The notes below the pieces were generated by a model, which saw only the letters and a list, made by a program, of their open reading frames with translations, searched no databases and was not told the DNA's origin. The position numbers and the translations under genes are program-made. Source: Macrostomum lignano (lineage: Eukaryota). Taken from it: a stretch of 64,000 nucleotides of DNA. The DNA lies in contig NIVC01002125.1 in NCBI GenBank assembly GCA_002269645.1, positions 111,065 to 175,064 on the forward strand, written 5' to 3'. Below are positions 1-12,270 of the stretch, in pieces. How positions within the stretch are numbered: the stretch's first letter is position 1; every line of letters starts with the position of its first letter.

Positions 1-110
1 CTGTTCCTGTTCCTGTTCCTGTTCCTATTCCTGTTCCTGTTCCTGTTCCTGTTCCTGATCATGTTCCTGATCATGTTCCTGATCATGTTCCTGATCCTGT
101 TCCTGCTCCT
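1..110. repeat. (CTGTTC)n hexamer microsatellite with CTGATC/ATGTTC variants
   Basis: Direct reading of 1-110. Confidence 0.9.
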
Positions 111-522
111 GTCCATTTGCTCAGTTCTTGTCTGTGTTCCCCTCCTTTTGAAATCCGAAACTCGACACAGCATTGCTTCTTCCATTCGTCTCTCATTCTT
201 AGGTCTCGAGGGTGAGCAATCTACGAGCGTAAATATAAACTGACTTTGAGGCTCCAATCATAACTGACTTTATATCAAAGTGGAAAATAGTGCCCATTTT
301 GCTTTTCAGCATCGTAAATTCTCTAACGCCGGGTAGCTACTGTATTTTACTGCGGCCAGCCGAAATCGAAAATCTCCTTATCTGCTCCCGGGACGAAATG
401 CAATAAATTGAGTCTTAGTTTGAGCTCCAACGCGCCGATTCAATCTTTCCTTACTTTTATCTCGATGAATAAGGTCATTTAGTTAATGCTTTATATGCGT
501 TATTTTTGCTTCGTCAACTTAC

Positions 523-663
523 AACCAGCTTGGAGGAGCTCATGATGAAGTGGCAGGTCTGGGCAACGTCTGCGCCATGCACCAGGTTGTGGTATGGGTT
601 GGCCCACTTGCTGTAGCCCTCCTCCAGCTTGTACAGAAAGTTCTCAAGCACATTGGTGTTGAT
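523..663 (-). CDS. PDE1: PDE1 exon, start of catalytic PDEase_I domain (gene continues off the left edge)
   Basis: tttcag|ATC...GTT|gtaagt, 141 nt, phase 0/0. Translates INTNVLENFLYKLEEGYSKWANPYHNLVHGADVAQTCHFIMSSSKLV, containing the class I PDE motif NPYHNxxH(A/G)ADV. Confidence 0.95.
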
Positions 664-699
664 CTGAAAGTTGCATTGAGAAGGCTGTGACGCAATCTC

Positions 700-1410
700 A
701 ATCTAGCAATGTACATTAATGAGAACCTATTATCTAGCAATGTACATTGAAAGACTATATCTAGCAATGTACATTGAGAATCTATTATCTAGCAATGTAC
801 ATTGAAAGTCTATATCTAGCAATGTACATTGAGAATCTATTATCTAGCAATGTACATTGAAAGTCTATATCTAGCAATGTACATTGAAAGTCTATATCTA
901 GCAATGTACATTGAGAGCGTAGTTATCTACCAATGTACATTGAGAGCGTATTTTCTAGCGAATTACATTGAGAGCGTATTTTCTAGCGAAATACATTGAG
1001 AGCGTATTTTCTAGCGAATTACATTGAGAGCCTAGTTATCTAGCAATGTACATTGAGAGCCTAGTTATCCAGCAATGTACATTGAGAGCCTAGTTATCCA
1101 GCAATGTACATTGAGAGCCTAGTTATCTAGAAATGTACATTGAAAGCCTAGTTATCTAGCAATGTACATTGAGAGCCTAGTTATCTAGAAATGTACATTG
1201 AAAGCCTAGTTATCTAGCAATGTACATTGAGAGCCTATTTTATAGCAATGTACATTGAAAGACTATATCCAGCAATGTACATTGAAAGACTATATCTAGC
1301 AATGTACATTGAAAGCCTATATCCAGCAATGTACATTGAAAGACTATATCTACCAATGTACATTAAGAGCACATTATCTAGCAATGTACATTGAGACTCT
1401 ATTATCTAGC
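700..1410. repeat. 27-29 bp minisatellite with palindromic core CAATGTACATTG
   Basis: About 25 units of (t)atctagcaatgtacattga(a/g)ag.., filling the intron between exons 663 and 1433. Confidence 0.92.
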
Positions 1411-1432
1411 GTTGAGGCCATCAAGGACTCAC

Positions 1433-1552
1433 CTTAAACTTGGTAATCAGGTCATATTTATGAAGCAACTCGTAGCCAACAAACTTCATCGCGTGATTGT
1501 CTGAGGCTTCGTTCAGCTCGAATATGTCGAAGCACCAGTCGTCCAGTCCGGC
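1433..1552 (-). CDS. PDE1: PDE1 exon
   Basis: aag|GCC...AAG|gtgagt, 120 nt, phase 0/0. AGLDDWCFDIFELNEASDNHAMKFVGYELLHKYDLITKFK resembles the PDE1 segment DVDKWSFDVFSLNEASGDHALKFIFYELLTRYDLISRFK. Confidence 0.93.
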
Positions 1553-1699
1553 CTTTTTGGGATTTGGAGTTTACGATTTTGCGTGAGAGTATCTAAGAGC
1601 AGGTGAGCTCGTCGTCAAAAAAAAATAGAACAGCTTTGTTGTCCTCTGTCAGTAAGTATCACACCAGAGTCATTATTTATCCATAGGATCAGACAGTCC

Positions 1700-2090
1700 A
1701 GAGAGTATCTGTCACTCCGGTCAGCATCTGTCAATCCAGTCAGTATCTGTAACTCCAGTCAGTATCTGTAACTCCAGTCAGTATCTGTAACTCCAGTCAG
1801 TATCTGTCACTCCAGTCAGCATCTGTCAATCCAGTCAGTATCTGTAACTCCAGTCAGTATCTGTCACTCCAGTCAGCATCTGTCAATCCAGTCAGTATCT
1901 GTAACTCCAGTCAGTATCTGTCACTCCAGTCAGCATCTGTCAGTCCAGTCAGCATCTGTCACTCCAGTCAGCATCTGTCACTCCAGTCAGTATCTGTCAC
2001 TCCAGTCAGCATCTGTCACTCCAGTCAGCATCTGTCACTCCAGTCAGCATCTGTCACTCCAGTCAGCATCTGTCAGTCCAGTCAGTATCT
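1700..2090. repeat. 19-bp minisatellite CTCCAGTCAG(T/C)ATCTGT(C/A)A
   Basis: About 20 units, period 19. Confidence 0.92.
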
Positions 2091-2150
2091 GTTGGGAGTG
2101 AATCTCAGCCAATCTCAGCTAGAACGCGAATCACGGCAATCCGGCGCCAC

Positions 2151-2397
2151 CTTGAGCAGGATGAGCACATTCGGCGGCACGCTGATGTTGCTGGAGCTGG
2201 ACAAGCGGCGGTAGATTCTCTCCACCATGATGCCGGCCCGGATGGCATTCGCCACGCTGCGAAACCGCGGCTTCTCCCGGCTCTGCTTCAGCGAAGTCTG
2301 CGACCTGGTGAAGGTCGAGGCCAGCCAGTCGCGCACCTCGTTGGGCACCTCGTTGGGCGGCACCTCCGGCAGGTCGTCGTCTTCGTTGCACAAACGC
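2151..2397 (-). CDS. PDE1: PDE1 exon, N-terminal regulatory region with CaM-binding segment
   Basis: ccgcag|G...AAG|gtggcg, 247 nt, phase 2/0. RLCNEDDDLPEVPPNEVPNEVRDWLASTFTR...KPRFRSVANAIRAGIMVERIYRR contains the PDE1 hallmarks EVRDWLASTFT and KPRFRS...GI.VER.YRR. Confidence 0.95.
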
Positions 2398-2719
2398 CTG
2401 CGGTTTCGTTTTGTGTTGACTGGGCTTAGACTAAGATGTCCGATTCTGACTACTTACGCTCTGGCTTGTTAGTAGCAGTTATAACGTTAGGAAAAGTACG
2501 TATCAGTTTTCATCGTGTAAGGTTTTTTTATTTTATTTTTTAAAGTTCAGCCGATACACAATAGTAACATCAGTAACGTCAAGGTTGCGTGTGTCTAATA
2601 TGAGGAAATTTATGCACTCAACGGTAAATGGTTTTAAAACTTTTTCACTACGGGTGTTTTGGCAAGATAGCAAATCTTAAATCAATACCCATTCTAGACT
2701 GCATCTCACTCCCACCGAA

Positions 2720-2944
2720 AAATCTCCAAACTCAACCTCCAACACACCCAACCCAACCGTCAACACACCCACCCAGCCTTCAACACACCCACCCCAACCT
2801 TCAACACACCCACCCCAACCTCCAACGCACACACCCAGCCTCCAACACACCCATCCCAACTTCCAACACACCTACCTCAACCTCCAACACACACCCACTC
2901 CAACCTTCAACACACACACACACACACACACCTCAACCTCCAAC
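2720..2944. repeat. CA-rich degenerate repeat (CCTCCAACACACACCCAA-like); resumes at 3449-3560
   Basis: Repeated ccaacacac/acccaacct motifs on both sides of the fold-back element. Confidence 0.75.
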
Positions 2945-3448
2945 GAGGGGTCGCCATCATAAGCTCGAAAAATCACATCGTCGAAAAGTTTAGCAACCTC
3001 CATCACAAGCTCGAAAAATCACATCGTCGAAAAGTTTAGTAAACATCATCACAAGCTCGAAAAGGCACAAGCTCTAACCCTAGCCCCAAGGCACTAACCC
3101 TAACCCTAAGGCACCAGTACCCTAGCCTAACCCTGAACCATAACCCTAACCCCAACCCTAGCCTAACCTTAAACCCTAACTTAAAGGCACTAGTTCTAAC
3201 CCCAACCCTAAACTTAACCCTAAGCCCTAACCCTAAGGCACAAGCTGTAACCCTAACCCTATTCAAGCTTGTGATGGTGGTTGCTATATTTTCAACGATA
3301 TGATTTTTCGAGCTTATGACTTTTCGAGCTTGTGATGGTGGTTGCTAAATTTTTCGACGATATGATTTTTCGAGCTTATGACTTTTCGAGCTTGTGATGG
3401 TGGATGCTTTTCGACGATGTGATTTTTCGAGCTTGTGATGGGCCCCCC
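2945..3448. mobile_element. fold-back/MITE-like element with modular inverted arms and a telomere-like core
   Basis: Left arm modules catca(c/t)aagctcgaaaaatcacatcgtcgaaaa (2955-3062) are the reverse complement of right arm modules tcgacgatatgatttttcgagcttgtgatg (3265-3440). Core is a degenerate (TAACCC)n. CTCCAAC lies on both flanks (2938-2944, 3449-3455). Confidence 0.55.
3068..3262 (-). repeat. interstitial degenerate telomere-like (TTAGGG)n tract
   Basis: Many taaccc/taacct/taagcc units on the + strand. Confidence 0.7.
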
Positions 3449-4042
3449 CTCCAACACACTCATCCCAATCTCCAACATACACACACCTCAACCTCCAACA
3501 CACACACCCAACCTCCAACACACCCACCCCAACCTCCAATACACACACCCAACCTCCATCTCAGGCCCATCCCTAGTGTGCACTTCGCATCAAAAGCCTC
3601 CATGCACTCAGAATTCAACTCTCAGCCGCGCTGGAGGTCAAACTTGGCCAGATTGAACTGGCAAGCATTTGTCTCCGCTATTCTCTGAGCTCTCGCAGTG
3701 TTTTAAATTCTGAGTGGCCAGAACTGCGATTCCAACTGAGAAGCTGAGGGAGAAAAAGAAATGTCAATGTCGAGGAGCTCGAGAAATGGACAGTCGGCAA
3801 ACAGTCAGTTGAGAAGTTTGCGACGTGGGGAACTGGGCTGAGAGCTCTTTCTCTCTCTCTCTCCCTCCGTTCTCAGGTTCCACTTCTAGTGGGAGTTTTC
3901 TATAAGGCGGTTCAAAAAGCGAGGCACAGCTCAAACTGTATTGCCGTTTTTGTAAGCACTTGGGGGCTAATCTGGGTTAATGGCTACTGTCGTCGGGGAG
4001 CAATGAGGAAGTTGGGTTCGTCTACGCTTCAGTTTGTTTTAC

Positions 4043-4189
4043 TCGGAAGCCCCAGCCGGGGTTCGGGGCGTCCGCCCGCCGCTGAGGCCCCCGGAGGCTG
4101 GCAGCGGCTGCTGCTCCGCCAAGTCCGTCGCGGCTGAAAGCGCCGCGGTGCCGACACCGCTGCCGACTCCGCCGCCCCGATCTTCGAGT
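4043..4189 (-). CDS. PDE1: candidate alternatively spliced PDE1 cassette exon
   Basis: attag|A...GA|gtaaaa, 147 nt, phase 2/2, open in the PDE1 frame (LEDRGGGVGSGVGTAALSAATDLAEQQPLPASGGLSGGRTPRTPAGAS). It is a GC-rich island within the intron. Confidence 0.45.
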
Positions 4190-4349
4190 CTAATAAGTTT
4201 TTTTTGCAAAAAAATTGCTTGCTTTTGCGCAAACCAGATGACAACAGTTACTCGTAAAAAGTGGCTGAGCGATTCTGAAAACTTCCGGAATGCATTGTGA
4301 TATTTTTTCGGCAAAGTTAATGCTGGAAGATGCGGCGCAATCAACTTAC

Positions 4350-4463
4350 CTGGTCTCGTCGACATAAACAGATTCCAGGACCTTTACAGCATAGTTGAGG
4401 TTTTTGATCAGCATTTCCTTAGAGATTTCATCGCTTTCTACCAGCTTCGCGATCTTCTTCAGC
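4350..4463 (-). CDS. PDE1: PDE1 exon
   Basis: cccacag|G...AG|gtaagt, 114 nt, phase 2/2. RLKKIAKLVESDEISKEMLIKNLNYAVKVLESVYVDETR matches PDE1 LR.LVKQL...KKNLEYAA.VLESVYIDETR. Confidence 0.93.
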
Positions 4464-4507
4464 CTGTGGGATAAACGACAGAGTGGGAGCCTCATTTAGC
4501 CCGAGCC

Positions 4508-5192
4508 AACTGATAGCAGTGTACATTAACATAGAGGGAGAGCCTCTATGAAACCCCAAACAACTGATAGCAGTGTACATTAACATAGAGGGAGAGCCTC
4601 TATGAAACCCCAAACAACTGATAGCAGTGTACATTAACATAGAGGGAGAGCCTCAATGAAACCCCAAACAACTGATAGCAGTGTACATTAACATAGAGGG
4701 AGAGCCTCTATGAAACCCCAAACAACTGATAGCAGTGTACATTAACATAGAGGGAGAGCCTCAATGAAACCCCAAACAACTGATAGCAGTGTACATTAAC
4801 ATAGAGGGAGAGCCTCAATGAAACCCCAAACAACTGATAGCAGTGTACATTAACATAGAGGGAGAGCCTCAATGAAACCCCAAACAACTGATAGCAGTGT
4901 ACATTAACATAGAGGGAGAGCCTCAATGAAACCCCAAACAACTGATAGCAGTGTACATTAACATGGAGGGAGAGCCTCAATGAAACCCCAAACAACTGAT
5001 AGCAGTGTACATTAACATGGAGGGAGAGCCTCAATGAAACCCCAAACAACTGATAGCAGTGTACATTAACATAGAGGGAGAGCCTCAATGAAACCCCAAA
5101 CAACTGATAGCAGTGTACATTAACATAGAGGGAGAGCCTCAATGAAACCCCAAACAACTGATAGCAGTGTACATTAACATAGAGGGAGAGCC
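4508..5192. repeat. 54-bp minisatellite
   Basis: About 13 units of aactgatagcagtgtacattaacatagagggagagcctcaatgaaaccccaaac. Confidence 0.95.
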
Positions 5193-5947
5193 TTAACTGG
5201 AAGTCTGCCCGGACTTTTACTCATAAAACCAAAATGTGCAGCTGATAAGAACATAATGCAATTAGAAAGCCCTTGGAGAGTTTCAAGTCTGTGTAATTTA
5301 AAAAAATGTGAGCAATGCAGCGCCTTTTCTGGAGAAAGTGCTCCAAAATCGATAGTAATTTACTCCAGTCTTTTGTTATTATAGGCCAAGATTGGGATGA
5401 AGCGGAGACTGAGAGGCAGCGATGAAGGGCGAGAATTTAAGGGGAGTGGCGAGTTCTCCGCGGAAAAGGATCAAGAGGTCCCTAAAGTGGTTGCAGTCCC
5501 TAGCTTCATCCTCCTCAGTCTCCCCTCGTTCTTCTTTCCCATTTCCTTTTGGCTACTTCAAGACCATTGCGGCAATTCTAATCCATCGACTTCAATCAGG
5601 GCCCAGTGGGTGTGCCAATTCACCCCCCTCCCCTGGGGATCAAGGGGATTGAGGAGGGAGAATTCGGCTCAGGTGAACGGAAAAAGGGCCCGGAAATCAA
5701 TCTTTCGCTTTATCTATTTAGGATTAGATTGACTTGTCCTCTGTGTGCAAAGAATTTACTTATCTATAAGCTGCTGAAGTTTCCATTTTTGTCAGTTAAT
5801 GAAAATTGTTGCAAGAACAAAAATTAATAAAGAGAAAATACTTTAGTCTACTAGAACTCAGACATCTTCCTTTGAACCCCTCCCCATTCTCACTCGAAGT
5901 ATTCTATTTTAAATGCAATTTCCTAGAAAGCGAAGTGTCCTTTCTTG

Positions 5948-6209
5948 AAGCAGAGCAGCTTAGCGGTTCACGCGGTCCGCCAAAATACCCTGGGTTCGAT
6001 TCCGCGCGCGGCTACATTATTTTGGGACTCGTGCACAGGATATTGGCTGCTAGGGGCTTGTCGAGCGAGTCACGCCCATGAGATGGCCAGCCCCAAGGCA
6101 CAGAGAGTCTGCATGCCTGACTATGAGAAAATCGGGGCCGCGGTACACCCTGCGTGCGTGTGGTAGTCCAGTACAGTGGTGCTTGGCTTCTATGCCAAAG
6201 AATGAATCA
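5948..6209 (+). mobile_element. tRNA-derived SINE (family A)
   Basis: A-box-like AGCTTAGCGG (5957-5966) and B-box GGTTCGATTCC (5993-6003). Body is homologous to the SINE at 50424-50757 and ends in gaatgaat. Confidence 0.6.
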
Positions 6210-7030
6210 ACTACCAAGTTCTCGTGAAGGTTATCAAGGCTTCTTTGGTTCTCTACTCTTTTAACAGCGTAAAGCTGGGTTCAGCTTGCGGGCGGCACCA
6301 CTACGAATACAGTAATGGAATGCGATGCTTTTTGGACCAACCCTACCGCCGCGTATACTCCTTAGCACTTCAAGTATGGCTGTAGCTAGCATGCCTATAG
6401 CTCAGCCGTCTTCTCCCGCTACAGTCTTCTTCCCCTTAATCCGCGTCAGTCCCAGCCTTTGCCTCGACACCTGCAGCCGGAGCTTTCAGCCTGACTTCCC
6501 GTTGTCGCAACGGCGGTGGGCGCGTCCGTTCCCAGCGCCTATCCAGAATAGTGCCAAAACCCAGCCAGTCGAGCCAGTCTGCCTGAATCGATCGACGGCT
6601 TCTGCTACTCCGTTTCGATCTCTTCCGGAAAAAGCGGTCGCTTCCTTAGCCTCGGGTCTCCTCCCTCCTCTATCTCGCCCACTCCCTGGCCCGTGCCGGG
6701 ACAGGATCTGCGGCCAGTTTCCGTTAGAAACTGCAGCAGCAGCAGCTTTCTCTATTTCACATAGACTTGTTCTGCTTTGCAAGCTGCTCTTTACCCGAGC
6801 ATAGCTGCTTTGTGGACTCTTCTATGAGCTCAACTCGTTACGAGAAATTGTCAATCACTCCACCACAACTCACACTGATACTGCCTGCGTGGCTTTCAGA
6901 ACCGAATGGTGTACGGCTTTTCGGAAACTGCTCTAAAGTGCAACTTGATCGGTGGAGAAACATTGAATGACTTAAATGTTAGAAATTAAGAAGCAATATT
7001 GTTGTATTGGTATTAGAATTACGAGTACTA

Positions 7031-7523
7031 GGAGTCAGGAACGGAGCGGGGGAGAGTCAGGAACGGAGCAGGGGAGAGTCAGGAACGGAGCAGGGGAGAG
7101 TCAAGAACGGAGCGGGGGAGAGTCAGGAACGGAGCAGGGGAGAGTCAGGAACGGAGCAGGGGAGAGTCAGGAACGGAGCAGGGGAGAGTCAGGAACGGAG
7201 CAGGGGAGAGTCAAGAACGGAGCGGGGGAGAGTCAGGAACCGAGCAGGGGAGAGTCAGGAACCGAGCAGGGGAGAGTCAGGAACGGAGCGGGGGAGAGTC
7301 AGGAACCCAGCAGGGGAGAGTCAGGAACCCAGCAGGGGAGAGTCAGGAACCGAGCAGGGGAGAGTCAGGAACGGAGCGGGGAGACTCAGGAACGGAGAGT
7401 GGGAGAGTCAGGAACGGAGCGGGGGAGAGTCAGGAACCCAGCAGGGGAGAGTCAGGAACCGAGCAGGGGAGAGTCAGGAACGGAGCGGGGAGACTCAGGA
7501 ACGGAGAGTGAGAGAGTCAGGAA
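7031..7523. repeat. 22-bp minisatellite GGGGAGAGTCAGGAACGGAGCA
   Basis: About 22 units. Confidence 0.93.
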
Positions 7524-7957
7524 GGAATATTGAGCAAGCGAAATGGTGTGCGGCAGCAAAGAGCATCCATCATTCAACTAAACAGATGTTGATTTCAGAT
7601 TGAAAATTAAATCTCTTCTGCCAAACGCAGATCTCATTCGCAATCGGCGGAGGCATCCAATTATACTTGGCCCTCTCCCTGTCTTCACTGCGCTAGGCTG
7701 GGAGCAGCCGGCATCGGACTCAACAACCGGGATCAGCTCAGCGCGAGGCAGGAGATAAAAAACTGACTGGCACGGATTACGCTGAACAAATTTGCTTCCC
7801 AGGCAACTCCTCACGGCTACAGGGGAAGCCGCAAGCAGCAACCCCGGCAGTCAAGACTCCCCACAAGCTCCATCCTTCATTCCAGATTTAGTCTTTTACA
7901 CACCCCATGTAGCGATAAGCATGAGAGTGTCTGCCGGCTCCTGCAGTATTCGGCTGA

Positions 7958-7959
<2 letters not shown>

Positions 7960-7997
<38 letters not shown>

Positions 7998-8073
7998 GCC
8001 AGTTTCCGCGCCTCGGGGCGGGGCACGGATCAACCAGAAAAAATAGGAGCCAAGAAAATAAGGAGCAGAAAAC

Positions 8074-8149
<76 letters not shown>

Positions 8150-8166
8150 GGGGGGAGAGAGAGAGA
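7960..8166. repeat. (CT)n at 7960-7995 and (GA)n at 8073-8166
   Basis: Direct reading; the two tracts are in opposite orientation. Confidence 0.9.
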
Positions 8167-8377
8167 TCGCTAAAGGATGAAGAATGAGTCACTTCTGCAG
8201 CTGCGATACCGCGTTCCAGGATCAACATTTTAATGGGAATTCTGGACTACGGTAGTGATTTATGCTCAGATCCCGATTGCACTGGGTGTAACACCCCTCA
8301 TAAAGTTTTATGCGCCACATATCGGCACTATAGAAAACCATGCTACTCTTCCCTTTTGATCTGCGAGAACCCTTACT

Positions 8378-11300
8378 TCTCACTCTATCCCCCACCTCTC
8401 TCATCTCACTCTATCCCAATCTCTCTCATCTCACTCTATCCCCCACCTCTCTCATCTCACTCTATCCCAATCTCTCTCATCTCACTCTATCCCCCACCTC
8501 TCTCATATCACTCTATCCCGATCTCTCTCATCTCACTCTATCCCCCACCTCTCTCATATCACTCTATCCCGATCTCTCTCATCTCACTCTATCCCAATCT
8601 CTCTCATCTCACTCTATCCCCCACCTCTCTCATATCACTCTATCCGAATCTCTCTCATCTCACTCTATCCCAATCTCTCTCATCTCATCCTATCCCGATC
8701 TCTCTCATCTCACTCTATCCCAATCTCTCTCATCTCATCCTATCCCGATCTCTCTCATCTCACTCTATCCCGATCTCTCTCATCTCACTCTATCCCGATC
8801 TCTCTCATCTCACTCTATCCCCCACCTCTCTCATATCACTCTATCCCAATCTCTCTCATCTCATCCTATCCCAATCTCTCTCATCTCACTCTATCCCCCA
8901 CCTCTCTCATATCACTCTATCCCGATCTCTCTCATCTCACTCTATCCCAATCTCTCTCATCTCACTCTATCCCCCACCTCTCTCATATCACTCTATCCGA
9001 ATCTCTCTCATCTCACTCTATCCCCATCTCTCTCATCTCATCCTATCCCGATCTCTCTCATCTCACTCTATCCCAATCTCTCTCATCTCATCCTATCCCG
9101 ATCTCTCTCATCTCACTCTATCCCAATCTCTCTCATCTCATCCTATCCCGATCTCTCTCATCTCACTCTATCCCAATCTCTCTTATCTCATCCTATCCCG
9201 ATCTCTCTCATCTCACTCTATCCCAATCTCTCTCATCTCATCCTATCCCGATCTCTCTCATCTCACTCTATCCCAATCTCTCTCATCTCATCCTATCCCG
9301 AACTCTCTCATCTCACTCTATCCCCCACCTCTCTCATATCACTCTATCCCGATCTCTCTCATCTCACTCTATCCCAATCTCTCTCATCTCACTCTATCCC
9401 CCACCTCTCTCATATCACTCTATCCGAATCTCTCTCATCTCACTCTATCCCAATCTCACTCATCTCACTCTATCCCAATCTCTCTCATCTCATCCTATCC
9501 CGATCTCTCTCATCTCACTCTATCCCAATCTCTCTCATCTCATCCTATCCCAATCTCTCTCATCTAAATCTATCCCAATCTCTCTCATCTCATCCTATCC
9601 CGATCTCTCTCATCTCACTCTATCCCAATCTCTCTCATCTCACTCTATCCCAATCTCTCTCATCTAACTCTATCCCAATCTCTCTCATCTCATCCTATCC
9701 CGATCTCTCTCATCTCACTCTATCCCAATCTCTCTCATCTCATCCTATCCCGATCTCTCTCATCTCACTCTATCCCGATCTCTCTCATCTCACTCTATCC
9801 CCCACCTCTCTCATATCACTCTATTCCAATCTCTCTCATCTCACTCTATCCCCCACCTCTCTCATCTCACTCTATCCGAATCTCTCTCATCTCACTCTAT
9901 CCCAATCTCTCTCATCTCATCCTATCCCGATCTCTCTCATCTCACTCTATCCCGATCTCTCTCATCTCACTCTATCCCGATCTCTCTCATCTCACTCTAT
10001 CCCCCACCTCTCTCATATCACTCTATCCCGATCTCTCTCATCTCACTCTATCCCAATCTCTCTCATCTCACTCTATCCCAATCTCTCTCATCTCATCCTA
10101 TCCCAATCTCTCTCATCTAACTCTATCCCAATCTCTCTCATCTCATCCTATCCCGATCTCTCTCATCTCACTCTATCCCAATCTCTCTCATCTCATCCTA
10201 TCCCGATCTCTCTCATCTCACTCTATCCCGATCTCTCTCATCTCACTCTATCCCCCACCTCTCTCATATCACTCTATTCCAATCTCTCTCATCTCACTCT
10301 ATCCCCCACCTCTCTCATCTCACTCTATCCGAATCTCTCTCATCTCACTCTATCCCCATCTCTCTCATCTCATCCTATCCCGATCTCTCTCATCTCACTC
10401 TATCTCAATCTCTCTCATCTCACTCTATCCCGATCTCTCTCATCTCACTCTATCCCAATCTCTCTCATCTCATCCTATCCCGATCTCTCTCATCTCACTC
10501 TATCCCGATCTCTCTCATCTCACTCTATCCCCCACCTCTCTCATATCACTCTATTCCAATCTCTCTCATCTCACTCTATCCCCCACCTCTCTCATCTCAC
10601 TCTATCCGAATCTCTCTCATCTCACTCTATCCCCATCTCTCTCATCTCATCCTATCCCGATCTCTCTCATCTCACTCTATCTCAATCTCTCTCATATCAC
10701 TCTATCCCAATCTCTCTCATCTCACTCTATCCCAATCTCTCTCATCTCATCCTATCCCAATCTCTATTATCTTATCCTATCCCAATCTCTCTCATCTCAC
10801 TCTATCCCCCACCTCTCTCATCTCACTCTATCCGAATCTCTCTCATCTCACTCTATCCCCATCTCTCTCATCTCATCCTATCCCGATCTCTCTCATCTCA
10901 CTCTATCTCAATCTCTCTCATCTCACTCTATCCCGATCTCTCTCATCTCACTCTATCTCAATCTCTCTCATCTCATCCTATCCCGATCTCTCTCATCTCA
11001 CTCTATCCCAATCTCTCTCATCTAACTCTATCCCTATCTCTCTCATCTCATCCTATCCCGATCTCTCTCATATCACTCTATCTCAATCTCTCTCATCTCA
11101 CTCTATCCCAATCTCTCTCATCTCATCCTATCCCAATCTCTATTATCTTATCCTATCCCAATCTCTCTCATCTCACTCTATCCCCCACCTCTCTCATCTC
11201 ACTCTATCCGAATCTCTCTCATCTCACTCTATCCCCATCTCTCTCATCTCATCCTATCCCGATCTCTCTCATCTCACTCTATCTCAATCTCTCTCATCTC

Positions 11301-11905
11301 ACTCTATCCCGATCTCTCTCATCTCACTCTATCTCAATCTCTCTCATCTCATCCTATCCCGATCTCTCTCATCTCACTCTATCCCAATCTCTCTCATCTC
11401 ACTCTATCCCCCACCTCTCTCATATCACTCTATCCCGATCTCTCTCATCTCACTCTATCCCCCACCTCTCTCATATCACTCTATCCCGATCTCTCTCATC
11501 TCACTCTATCCCAATCTCTCTCATCTCACTCTATCCCAATCTCTCTCATCTCACTCTATCCCAATCTCTCTCATCTCATTTTATCTACACCTCTCTCCTA
11601 TCACTCTATCCCACACCTCTCTCATATCACTCTATCCCAATCTCTCTCATCTCACTCTATCCCAATCTCTCTCATCTCACTCTATCCCAATCTCTCTCAT
11701 CTCACTCTATCCCAATCTCTCTCATATCACTCTATCCCGATCTCTCTCATCTCACTCTATCCCAATCTCTCTCATCTCACTCTATCCCAATCTCTCTCAT
11801 CTCACTCTATCCCAATCTCTCTCATCTCACTCTATCCCAATCTCTCTCATCTCACTCTATCCCAATCTCTCTCATCTCACTCTATCTCAATCTCTCTCAT
11901 CTCAA
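8378..11905. repeat. 3.5-kb pyrimidine-rich 25-bp satellite CTCTATCCC(A/G)ATCTCTCTCATCTCA
   Basis: About 140 units with variants. Confidence 0.95.
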
Positions 11906-12036
11906 TTAATGGCTCCAGAAGCATCTCGTATTCCTTATTGAAATATTTATGAAGCACTGACTGGGCAGCGACATCTCTCTCTGTCTGACAAGCTTTCGGA
12001 GGCACGCAGCACCCAGTGCAGTTCATCGGTACTCAC

Positions 12037-12178
12037 CTCACGGAGCAGGTGTAGCTGGCCTCGGGCGTGCCGGCCGCTGGCATTTTCTCCACTTCGACTT
12101 CCGAATCGGCGTAGCGAGCGCTGTCAGCTTTGGCGAGGCTGTTGTAGAGCAAACCGCTCAGCGGCTCCGCTTCCAGGT
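12037..12178 (-). CDS. PDE1: PDE1 exon
   Basis: aacacag|AC...AG|gtgagt, 142 nt, phase 1/2, only one frame open. DLEAEPLSGLLYNSLAKADSARYADSEVEVEKMPAAGTPEASYTCSVR ends like the P..dTP.A....R segment preceding the PDE1 coiled region. Confidence 0.8.
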
Positions 12179-12270
12179 CTGTGTTAGGGGTGAGTGTCAG
12201 GAAGGTGAGAGTCATAGAAAGGTGAAAACTGGGAAAAATGAGAGCCAGATAATGCTGATAGTCAATGAAG

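Noticed and set aside
700-1410. CRISPR-like appearance (palindromic repeat with short variable gaps); similarly 51510-52421
   Set aside because: The gaps are short variants of one another, not unique spacers. There are no cas genes and the context is a eukaryotic intron.
3068-3262. True telomere or telomere-targeting retroelement site
   Set aside because: The tract is short, degenerate and intronic, with no adjacent retroelement end.
5948-6015. Possible tRNA gene (also 50690-50757, minus)
   Set aside because: A and B boxes are present, but I could not form a cloverleaf and there is no oligo-T terminator. Both continue into a shared repeat body, so they are called SINEs.
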